Source of the DNA: Camelus dromedarius
Lineage: Eukaryota
Assembly: GCF_036321535.1 (NCBI RefSeq)
Contig: NC_087436.1
Coordinates: forward strand, 103,728,001 to 103,792,000
Reading direction: 5' to 3'
DNA length: 64,000 nt
A program made the translations under genes and the position numbers. Every line of letters starts with the position of its first letter. The first letter of the stretch is position 1. This document shows, piece by piece, positions 1 through 11,059 of this stretch. The notes beneath the pieces are model-generated. The model made no database searches and was not told the origin of the DNA. It worked only from the letters and a program-made list of their open reading frames with translations.

Positions 1-569
1 AGGGGGGGCAGAGCCATTGCCATCCTCCACTGCATGCAGCTTGTGACCTTTTCTTCAGATGCTGTCTTGCTCACAGTTTATTTGAGAGATTACTAAGGGG
101 AAGCTAGGAAAGAGATCTGGTCATCTGTTAATTACTTATTCTTCATTCTCATGTCTTTGATCTACAGAGAGAACCAACACATTAGGCAAGGTATCGTGTG
201 ATCAAGATTTGAGAAGTGTGCTTGGGTCAGAGCAGCATAGCATGCGGGTGCCTGGTTGTTAGTTACAAGGTAGCTTTGTTAAAGAGACAGGCAAAGGGGG
301 TTTCCTGCTGAGAGCGGCTTACACACCGAGCGACCTCAGTGGTCACTGAACACTAGCACTACGATGCCAGGAGGTGTGCAGACAGGCACCCTGCTGAGAC
401 CGCAAATTAAGAGCCGCTCTCCCCAGGTGACCACGAGGGTACAGATGAGGCAGGTAGCACAACACACAGACTTGGAGAAAGGAAGGCTCTCTGCCATATT
501 TCTCGTCACTGGGAAATGACTGTTCTAAAAACCTGCGAGTCATCCTGGATCTGCCCTCTGTCTCCCTCT

Positions 570-1225
570 GTCTCTCTCTCTCAACCCTTTTGTTTCATCA
601 ACAACCAAGTACTAAAGGCTTTGTCTTCTAAGTATTCTGGAAATGACCTCTCCTCTCTGCCTGCCTTGGGTTGGACCTCTGCAATGGCTTCTTTCCTTAC
701 CTTGTTGCCTTCAGTCTCAGCCATCTGCCACTCATCTGTTTAAAACATGTCTATGCCCCTTCCTGTGGTTTCCAAAGCCCTTCACATCCTTTCTCCTGCC
801 TAACTCCCCAGCCTCATCTTCCACAGCGCAGTCTGGCACTTCGCCCTCCAGCACTCATGCTGCCCCTTGGTCTGGATGTTCATCCTTTAGAATAGCTGAT
901 GGCATTACCTCCACTTCCAGTGACTAACTCATCCAGATTTGCCTGAAAATTTCTAGGGTTTACACATCCCAGAAAATTCCCCCTCGGTCCCCACCCTCTC
1001 TAAGTCTTCTTTGCCCCTCGCTGGTCAGGTCAGTACCCCTCCTCTCTGCTCCCATAGTGCGGGTATTCTGTCATCACCACGTGTAGCATAATTATTCATT
1101 TATTTATCTTGACCCACCCTTTGGCTCTGAACTCCTTACGGGCAAGGACTGGGTTCATTTCTTTTCTTCTTTTCTCTGTCTCCACATAGCATGATGTATG
1201 GAACACAGTAGGCACTTAACAGAAA
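570..1225 (+). mobile_element. L2 LINE 3' fragment (ancient)
   Basis: Pyrimidine-rich L2-like body ending in the typical L2 terminus (…GAACACAGTAGGCACTTAAC ~1201-1220). Boundaries approximate. Confidence 0.7.
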
Positions 1226-1484
1226 GGAAGGGAAGGAAGGCAAGAGAGAAGAAGGATGGAATAAAAGTAAAACAAAAGACTGAGGTATGTTATAGTAAAA
1301 TACGTTGTTGAACTTCAACAGACTAAGACATCCTGGGCTTCTCAGTCACCAAGCATTTTAAATATGGAGTACCTGTTGATTTCATTTTTTCCTCATAAGT
1401 GAACTTCTTTCTATGATAATACATCGAAGTCGAGAGCAATGTACTGTTTAATAGGCTATCCTTTCTAGGGATATATTAACTGGG

Positions 1485-1916
1485 GACTAAGGATGAACGC
1501 TAAAAAGCTACTATAACAAATAGGTGTCAATGTTTCAATAGTAGGACATAATAGAAATCTATTTCTCACTTAGATGGAGTTGAATTTAGAAAGTAAGCGT
1601 TCCTCGTGGGCAGGCGGCTCTCCTCCATGTGGTCATTCAGGGTCCCAGGCTCCTTCAGTCTGGTGTCTCTACTGTCCCCTGGAGATTAGAGTCCTCTCAG
1701 TCCAGGAGGAACACAGGCAAGGAGCCTGGACAAGAGGTTATGGGAGGTTGTATAGGTCTGGCAGGGTTTCTGTGCATCACTCCCTTCTCATCCCATTGGC
1801 TGGAACTCAGCCCATGGCCGCACCTACCTGCATGGGGAGCTGGGAAATACAGCCTAGCTGTGCGCCCAAGAAGAAGCAAAAACAGGTTTGATGAATGACT
1901 AGTCAGCTTCTGCCAC
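1485..1916 (-). mobile_element. MaLR solo LTR, MLT1K/L-like
   Basis: Diagnostic blocks GTCATTCAGGGTCCCAGGCTCCTTC, CATCCCATTGGCTGGAACTCAGCCCATGGCCGCACCTACCTGCATGGGGAGCTGGGAAAT, and end TTCTGCCAC. Confidence 0.75.
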
Positions 1917-1939
1917 TCCTCTGAAACACGACTTCCTCT

Positions 1940-2130
1940 TACAGGCTGGGCAAGCTTGGGAAAGTCTCCCTCAGACCCAGCTTTCTTACCAGTAAAATCA
2001 GGATGATCATGGTGCTTAACTCACAGGGAGGCTGTGAGATGGGGCTCCAAGGAGAAAATGCATGTAAAAATGATAAGCTCCAAGCCTGAGATATTCTACA
2101 TGCTTCATAAATATGCATTAGTTATTATTA
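1940..2130 (+). mobile_element. MIR SINE
   Basis: MIR core-like CAGCTTTCTTACCAGTAAAATCAGGATGATCATGGTGCTTAACTCACAGGG with a TTATTATT tail. Confidence 0.7.
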
Positions 2131-2879
2131 CTGTTGTTGTTGTTGTTACTATTATTGCTGGTTTTATCCACTTTTTTATGCCCAAGCATTCTAAGCAAGG
2201 GGTTATTATTAATTTTATTTGCATCCCTTGGGTCTCTGAAAAGCCACAGCTGCCTTCGCACAGTCTGTCATCCCTCCATCAACCCACCCTCAGGTCCTCT
2301 TGCTGCCTGATAAACCCCAAGCCACTAGGAGGAGAGACACAGAGGCTCTCTGACCCACATGTATACTGAATGTCAAGTGTTACAACAGGCAGGATTATCC
2401 ATCATCACACAATGATAAACTATAATGAAATACAATTTCCCTTGTGCTCAACCATGCATTTTATGAGGATACCATAAAGTTTTACCATTGGCCTCAAAGA
2501 GCAATAGGAAACCCCTATGAGTCCTTATGTTCTACTTTCCCGGGTGCCTTCAACAAAGAAAACTATTGATTTTGAGTTGTCTGAAGTACAGTCTATAAAA
2601 AAATTACCCTCAGTCCATGGCTTTCTTTTTACCAGACTCAAATAATAGGAGAATATAGGAAGGTACCAAAGACACACACATCCAAGAGAGTTATATGGAA
2701 CCGTGTGGTGAGTGGCAGCCTCCATTTTAACTGTGCTCAAACTTGAATCTAGAAGCCAAAATCCTAGCTGTGCAGATCTGTCTCAAATAGAAATCCACAT
2801 TCTCTCTAATACCAAACTGAGTCAAAACAGAGACCACAGAGACATATTACCTCAGTTGTATAGAGGGCTTCTATCTTTG

Positions 2880-3090
2880 TAGGTTTTTAAATGATTCATT
2901 GTCATATTTGATCCTCACAACACTCCTTTTGCCCCATGTTAGAGATAAGTTAAAAATAATAATAATAAGGCTTTCAATTTAAAGAGGTTGCCTCAGGTGA
3001 TAAGGATGTTGTTTACTAGTGACAGGAACAAAATTCTTCTGTTCTGATTCCTGGAGCATCACTCATTCCTAATTGCTGGCTTCTCACCAC
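2880..3090 (-). mobile_element. MIR SINE fragment
   Basis: ATTTGATCCTCACAACACTCC…CCCCATGTTAGAGATAAG matches the antisense MIR core. Confidence 0.55.
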
Positions 3091-5177
3091 GTGCTCTGAG
3101 AAACCAGGAGGCACCAAAGTGGAGGGTGCATTTCGAAGGAGGCAAGCTTGGAAATGTGTGGGCTGAGACAAAGAAGAGACAAAGAAGCCAGGGGCTATGA
3201 AAAACATACCACAACTGCCACATAATCCAAAGTCAATGACCCCAGATGAAACTGGGAGAGAAGAAATCCTTAAAAAATCAGGAGGATTTAATTCTGGAAT
3301 AGATGCAGGGATGAAATGTGAATTCCGGGAGTGGCCCCCTTAGAATTGAAGCCACACAACACCCAGATGGGGTAATACTTGCTCCAGTGGCCCAAAGGAA
3401 CATGGGCAGTCACGGAGACTTTCCTCCTGAATCCTTAGAGGAGAAAGATGCTAAAGTCCCTGGTCTTCCAACTTCACAGCACAACTGGCAACAGCAAACA
3501 CGAGCTGTCTGAGATGCTAATGGTCAGCAGACAAGGGTATGAAAAGAAGCATTTCAAACAGTGCAGGTATATTTCCTTTCCTTGCTTATTTCCCCAAAAT
3601 GCCTGCAGAAAAGAAAGAAAATTAGCATCTGAGCAGCTGTGGACAGTTCACAAGGAGCTGCTTAGTTGTTCCGAACCCACAGGGATTTCATTTCAGATTT
3701 TAATTTAAAACACAGAGCCGACCCCAAACCCATCATCTCAGTTGTTTGCTAACCCTCCTCCACTTGTGAGTTTTCTTCATTAACGCGTGCAACGTTTGCT
3801 TTGTTTCGTTATGTTGTATTTTCTTTCCCTTCTCTGATTGCTCTGCTCAAGCTGGATGTGGGCTAGGCAGGTGGGGGGCGGTGGGTACATGTGGAGATGT
3901 TTGCCTGCATCTGCCTCACCTACAGCACCGTCACCTACAAGCAGAGATCCCACTACAGAGGCAGGAAAACAACCTCCAGGAGGCACAGATGCTCCCTGGT
4001 TTCCTGGAATCATTTGGAAACCAAGCTGCCTTGTGCACACCCATAATTGCCAAAGTCATTTGTAGCCTCCAAGCTGCCACCACCTCCTCTTCTACTCCAA
4101 ATTGTCCCCTGAAAATATAAGTTCCTCCCAAGCATGTGTTACCCAAAGAATAAATGCAGCCATCTTATGGAAGCATTTATGCACAAAGACGGTAATAAGA
4201 AATGACTAGAAGAAACCGGTGGCAAGTGAAAAGGCAGGAGCAGCTGATAGCTTTTGTACAACCTGTCTCAGGCAATTTGGTCAGGATGACTTCAACCCAC
4301 ACGTGGGAGACACCCAGCTGGTTCATAGTCTGCCCCAATCTGCATCAGATCCCTCTGGCAACGGCCTCCTCCCCAAGTCATCCAAATAAAAAGGCAAGTT
4401 AGTACACCTTCGCCATCAGTTCTTTGCGGCGATGCGGTCTTGTCTCAGCTGAACTCCACCCTTTGGAACCTGATGTTAGACACAAAGGATAAAAAGCTGT
4501 TCTCCCATTTGATTTAGCCTGTTATTGGAGTTTTAAAGGCTTCTGTTCTTCGTCAAAGCCCTCAGTGGCTTGGCAAATATGACAAGTGTGCTTAGGCTGG
4601 AACATCATGCCAACAGCCATCGAGGTAGCGCCGAATCCCATACAAGGAGAGTGGTCAGAGCCCTTCCTCCGTTTCCAGGCCCTTGAAGAGGGCCGAGTGT
4701 TACTCCAGCACGGGTCCCAGCAGTGGCCTCCCTGCACAGGGGTCATGGGGCACAGTGGATGCTTTTCCAATTGAATTGAATGCAAAGGAGTTTATATTGA
4801 AATAACAAAAGGATCCCTTTTCTCTCAAAAAGGTCTTGTTGTGGGTGATTTTCATTTTCTCCTTGGCCTTTTATACACTTTTTTTCAGGTTCTCTGACAC
4901 GAACATTCATTACTTTCGTAGTCACTTGTTTGGAAATCAGTTGTATAAAAATGAAGTCTCCTCAGAAGCCTCTAAGACCCTGCCTCCAAGAGGGTAAATT
5001 TCTTGTCCGAGAAATCCATAGAAAGTAGGCTCCCCGCTGACCCCTACAACCTTAGCTTTATGAAATGATCGTCTGCATCGAGAGGAGGGAAAGCTGCACA
5101 GAACAAGTCTTCCACATGTTTGTAGCTCTGAAGATACAGTTTTATGTAGGTGCTGTATGTACATATGTAATGTACCT

Positions 5178-5211
5178 CATACACGTGTGTGCATGCGCAC
5201 ATGTGTGTGCA
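5178..5211. repeat. 34-bp alternating purine-pyrimidine tract
   Basis: CATACACGTGTGTGCATGCGCACATGTGTGTGCA alternates Y/R throughout. Confidence 0.85.
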
Positions 5212-8144
5212 AAAGCTCTGAGTGTAGTTTCAGGGTTTTAGTTGAGGCATTTAGGTAACATTTATTCCCTTCCTGGAAAGGCAGTCTGAGCCCTAGATTC
5301 TAAAGACGTATGTAACCTTCCTTCTATGGTCACAAAACCAAATACATCTTGATAAGAGCCTTATGAGCAGGGGTGATGGAACCCCAGCTTTCCTCAATCC
5401 CCAAAACTTTACCTTCTTACCAAAATGGAAGGGAAGGCTTCTGAGTGCTTGCTTACCACCAGCTTTGGTGGTTACTCCTTCACTGATGTGCTGCTCTACT
5501 TGGGGGCCTCTCCTTGTCTCGTGGCTGTTCCCCTAAAGGTGCCACCCCTTGTAATCAGTGCTTCCCTCATCACACACACACATGCAACACAGACACACGC
5601 ACATTGCTGCTGCTGCTGTTGCCACCCTATGAAAGAATTAGTCTATTGGAGCAGAATTTCACCTGAGCCCTGCACCATGTTGGAGGGCTCTCCCAAGTGT
5701 CTGGAGAGAGTCCAGGGAGAACGTGTAGCTCAGACTCCCTGGAGAGGAGTGTCGGCCCCTCCTCTGCTCTGCCTGGGCAGTGGCAGGGATGCTGCCTGCC
5801 TTCTCTCTGAAGTGTCTTAAGATCTCTTCCTCTGCTCTTTTGATTGGAAACAAAACATGAAGAGAGAACAATTCACTGGTGCCCCCGCCCCATTCTTTCT
5901 CTTGCTCAACAGATGGCTTTTTCTTCCCCTCTGTATTAGTCAGCGGCTACTCCTGAGGCCCAGAAAGGTACCTGGCTCTACCTAGCTTTTTTGCAAAAGC
6001 AGGGCATGGAGGTCAGTGGAGGCATTGCGTCATTGATTCAGCAAAGGCAGGGAAACAGAACAGGTTGAGGGGGCCCACGGGATCACCACATCCAAACCTC
6101 TCCCCCTCTCCCAGGTCAGCTTTCTGGGTCTCGGCTGTGTCTTCTCTTAACTCCGATGAAAACATTTGGTGGCTTTGTTCTTGGAAATTCTTATCTCAGA
6201 CCCTTTACACATCACAACATAAGAGTAATGTTTCAGTCTGAAAATATAGGGAAGGTTTAATAACTTGTCCAAGGGCACGTGGTAAGAAAAAAAAAACTCA
6301 GCCCCATGTGTGCTTTGAGCCACTAATCTACAGTGTGGTCCCTGTGCACAAGGACTGCTTAATCCATTAGCAAGAAAAAGTCCACTTTATGAAACAAGGA
6401 CAGGCGCTATATAATCAAATGGGAAATTGTGCAGGATACACCATGAGTTCTATAGAAATTCAGAGCAGGAAGAAATTAAATCAGTGGGAACTAAAGTACT
6501 CAGGAAAGACTTGATGAAAATTCTGGGCTCCAAAGGATGAGGAGGAGTTAGTGGACAAAATGTGGAGGTGACAGCATTTAAGAGTTCAGCATGAAAAAAA
6601 GGACTGCAGTCAAAAATAATTTTGGTATTTTTGAAGCTGGAGAGAAGAAAGTGAATAGAACGGAAAGGCCCATCTCTGAATCTTCTTTGGTTTCCCATTG
6701 TTTTATATTATTATCATTACTTTTTAAAAATAATTCAGAGCTCTCCTTCAGAATCTTATAAAGACTATGGGTTCTTTTTCTTTGTTAAAAGGTACATACA
6801 CTCTAAAAATTGTATTGGGTGTAAACACAACAATAGACACCTCTGTGTAGACCCTCCTTCCCCAGACAAGCCCATCCATGAAACTCCGCTGCAGAAGTCC
6901 TGTGCTAAAATTTCCCAGGTTGGGTTGTTTCCTAGTTGAAATAAAGCCAGGTCCCAGGTAGTGTGAGAACTACCAGGGACAGGAAGATCTGGACTCTACG
7001 TCCCAGTAATTTTAGCTTCAGTCTAAGTCCTCAATATCCATGTCGTGAAGTACTCTGCTCCTTTACTTGGAAAATACTTGTAGAACACCAAGGTTATGTA
7101 AGGAAGGCTCTGTGCTGGGCTCTGGCAGGACTTAGTCTCCAAGGAACTCATGACTAACTCCCTTGTCTTGTTTCTCATCCTAACATTTCTGTCTGTCATC
7201 TAATCTTGTCTTTTTCCTTTCTCCGTGGGTTGTAGGATGACTTAGCATTTGGAACGATCCAGGATATACTCCGTTACCCTAACACTTCCTTTCTCCATCC
7301 TCCATATTTGATTCACCTCACACTCGCTTGCTGAACAAATCTTTTTTTAGGTAATTTCATTCTCACCTCTGAGTTTTCTAAAATACAACTCTCTTTTTAT
7401 GCATGGATGCTATTTACATAACTGAAAGGTCACAGGGTTCATCGGAAGCCAGGCACTTTTACAGCTAGAAAGTTCAAAACTGGGCTCAACCACTTCCTGG
7501 CTGGAAGGTTTTGGAAAAGATGAAACTCATTGGCCTTGGTTTTTGGATCTGAGAAGGCAGAATGCTACTCAGGTCTACATTTCACAATTACCAAATGGAA
7601 AAGAAATAACTTATACTTGGTGTTTGACATTTAGTAGCTGCTTAGAAAATGTGTTATATGTAATTTTTCATCTTTATCAACATGTGTGGTTGCTTTACAT
7701 TTTAAACTCTTGGAGAACAAACTAAACAAAAATGCTGGAATCACATGTACCATTTAATCTTGGGGGCCTAGAAGGTAATTTCTTGTGGTGCCATTAAAGA
7801 ATTAACCAGCGCTATCTTCATGTATCTCAAAGTTTGGCAATATTTCTGATTTCAGTTATTAGGCAGTGTTGCCCAAATGCAGTTTTCTACTTCAAATGAG
7901 ATACATGTCCTAATGATTTGGCTTATTGTCTGATAAGAGATTTTTTACTTTAAAACATCAGTTGTGAACCTCTGTGTCACTGGGGATATATTTAAGTGCC
8001 AGAAGACCTTGTCAGATCATTCTTGTAATCAATTAGTTGATCTATAGACAAGGCTATAGATTATTTAACTATCCTTTCTTTATGGGTTTTGATAATTCTC
8101 ATTCTTCTTTTTATTGAAGATAAAACACCCAAGAAACACCCTAA

Positions 8145-8912
8145 ACTGGTACAGCCACTATGGAGAACAGTATGGTGGTTCCTTAAAAATTAAAAATAGA
8201 GTTACCATACGATCCAGCAATCCCATTCCTGGGCATATATTTGGGGAATACTCTAATTTGAAAAGATACATGCACCCTAATGTTCATAGCAGCACTATTT
8301 ACAATAACCAGGGGATGGAATCGACCTAAATGTCCATCAAAAGATGACTGGATAAAGAAGATGTGGTATATAATTTCAGTGGAATATTATTCAGTCATAA
8401 AAAGAATGAAATAATGCCATTTGCAGCAACATAGATGAACCTAGAGATTATCACAATAAGTGAAGTAAGTCAGGCAGAGAAAGACAAATATCATATGATA
8501 CCACTTACTTGTGGAATCTAAAATATATATATATATATATAGTTTTATGTTATTATTATCATTACTTTTTAAAAATAATTCAATAACAAATGAACTTATT
8601 TACAAACCAGAAACAGATTCACAGACATAGGATAAATGAAACTTATGGCTCCCAAAGGGAAAAGGAGCGGGTATAAATTAGGAGTTTGAGATTAACAGAT
8701 ACACACTACTATATATAAAATAGACAAACAACAAGGACCTACTTGTAGCACAGGGAACTACATTCAGTATCTTGTAATGACCTATAATGGAAAAAAATCT
8801 GAAAAAGAATATATATAGGTATTTATAATTGAATTACTTCACTGTATACCGGAAACTAACACAACATTGTAAATAAACTATACTTCAATATTTAAAAAAT
8901 TTTAAAAAAGGA
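8145..8912 (+). mobile_element. 5'-truncated L1 (ORF2 C-terminus + 3' UTR) with 14-bp TSD
   Basis: L1 3' sequence (GGTACAGCCACTATGGAGAACAGTATGG…CCATACGATCCAGCAATCCC…) and an A-rich tail. TSD AAGAAACACCCTAA at 8131-8144 and 8913-8926. Confidence 0.95.
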
Positions 8913-9129
8913 AAGAAACACCCTAAGCAGTTGTCATCACATTTCAGGTAGTTTAAAAGTTTTACCCTTTTCTTGCCCAGTTTTTCATCCAACAGAAAGC
9001 AGGCGGTCCACTGCAACCTCTCCCTGCCTAGGTGAAAAGCAAGCCCACTCCTGGCTCCCCAAGGATTTCAGACAAAAGCACGCAGTGCCTTGGAAAGTTA
9101 TCGTATTTGCAAAATACCGCCATTAAAGA

Positions 9130-9480
9130 AACTATTTTAAACTAAATTGATTCGTTGTTCTTTGGCCAATTGGCTAATCCTCCTCTTGAGACATGCTTCC
9201 ATTTAGGAAAGCTAAAAACACAGCTCTGGGACTGAGACTTAGAGGAGGCGGGGGAGGTGCTGACACAGACGTCAAGTAGGATTGAGCCACCGGGCAGCTG
9301 CACCCCGATTAGCGACCCGAGCATTTCTCCGGGCTCTGCGGTCTCTTGTGGCAGGAGCACAGTCAGCGGGAGAGGCCCAGGGAAACTGAGAGCACAGCTG
9401 GGTGTCTGAGTCAGCGAGGGTGCTGACCAGGATGGGTCATCACCGGCACACCAGCCGGTAGATTCCAGCAGGGACTTCTT
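9130..9480. promoter_or_regulatory. Putative CpG-enriched regulatory element
   Basis: About a dozen CpGs in 9241-9480 against a CpG-poor background. Palindrome GCCAATTGGC (9165-9174) carries CCAAT on both strands. GC-box-like GAGGCGGGG ~9245 and CRE-like AGACGTCA ~9267. Motif evidence only. Confidence 0.4.
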
Positions 9481-10024
9481 CCTTGCTGGCATTTTCAAAA
9501 TAGTTCCAGCTTCCCTAACTTTCATGAGAAAACTCTGGTATCCGGGTCTTCACACTATGGTCCTGAGGAGAATCCTTAGGCGTAAATAGCAAAACCATTC
9601 AATCCTCTTTGTGGGGTTTGTGTTGCATCTCCCTGAAGGGAGGATTCAGGATTCAGGGGGTGGGGGAACAGGGCAGAAGGGTAGGAACAGGGGACGAGGT
9701 GGACTAAGTCCAAGGAGGCAGGCGCACCGCCAGAGCCTCATAAATATCCCTCTTAAACGGAGCATTTCTAACCACTTTCTTTTCTTATTTTTCAGCTTTT
9801 GCCATTATTTCATTATTACATGGTGTCTGTTCATGTACAAATGTAGATAGACAAAACAGAAAAAAGAATATTCATAATCCCCAAATGCCTTAATCCGTCT
9901 ACTCATTTATATGCATATATGTATATATATAAATATATATATATATTTATATCTTTTACATCAATGAGATATATTACAAATGCTTTCTTAATTATGGATT
10001 GTTCATTCATTTGGGTCTTAAAAG

Positions 10025-10525
10025 TGACAATGGTTAATTGTATATGTCCTTTTGACCAAGCCACAGGATTCCCAGATACTTGGCTAAATGTTATTTCTGG
10101 GTGTGTCTGGGAGGGCATTTCCAGCTAAGATTAGCATTTGAATCAGTGGACTGAGTTAAGCAGGCAGCTCCCCCCTCCCCCCCGCCCGCCCCAATGTGGG
10201 TGGGCCTCATCCAATCCCCAAATTCTTTCTCTGTGCCTGACTGTTTGAGCTGGAACATCTTCTCCTGTACCATTAGCTCCCCTGGTTCTCAGGCCTTCAA
10301 ACTTGGACTGAATCACACCACCGGCTTTCCTGAGCTTGGAGCTTGCAGACAACAGATCAGAGCCTTCAGCATCATGTAAGCCAATTCCTCATAATAAATC
10401 TTCTCTCTCCCTCTCATCTCACTGTCTCTGCCTCTGCCTCTCCCTTCTCTCTGTCTCTTTCTCTCTCAATTATATGTATATACATACATACATACATACA
10501 TATCCTCTGGAGAACACTTATACGT
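10025..10525 (+). mobile_element. ERVL solo LTR, MLT2D-like
   Basis: ATGGTTAATTGTATATGTC…TTATTTCTGGGTGTGTCTG…GATTAGCATTTGAATCAGTGGACTGAGT…GCCAATTCCTCATAATAAATC…CTCTGGAGAAC. Confidence 0.88.
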
Positions 10526-10580
10526 AAATATACATTTATGTTAATACTTTAAGTGATTGCATAGAATCTCATTATATTGC

Positions 10581-11059
10581 TGTGAACGAAAAATACTGCA
10601 AACCATATCAGTAAACAAAGAATGCTGAAACCATGAAGTCATCAGCCGCTGTTGCCACCCCCCAGGGAAGTCAAGCCTGCAGCCCGGCCTCTGCAGCCAT
10701 TCACAGTGGTGCACCCTGAGGGGACTCAGAATAAGAAAGGACAGGATACTGGCCCTAGATAGCTAGGGGCTTGTCAAAGGAATGAATTCAATGAGCCCAA
10801 ATGTTTGCTTTCTCCCATGCATAGAAAAGCACTAAATTCTTTAACTGGAGATGCCTGGTTTTCTTTAGTTAACAAGTAATCTTTTATTGTTCCAACTTCC
10901 TGGTCTTTGTTGTAAAGCTCCTATATATCCTGGCTCCTCCCCTACCTCTTCAGAGCAGTCCCTCAGAGTCATCTAAGAGGCTGTCATCCCGGCTCGAGTC
11001 CTCCCGCCAAATAAAACATAACTCTCAGCTTTTAGGTTGCGCATTTATTTCGGTCGACA
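10581..11059 (+). mobile_element. ERV1-class solo LTR (479 bp) with 4-bp TSD
   Basis: Termini TGTGAACGAAA…TTTCGGTCGACA. TSD TTGC at 10577-10580 and 11060-11063. TATA-like CCTATATAT ~10920 and AATAAA ~11009. Confidence 0.9.

Noticed and set aside
9142..9525. 127-aa ORF in the CpG-enriched segment (also the 131-aa ORF at 5425-5820)
   Set aside because: No recognisable domain. The length is explained by local GC content or simple repeats.
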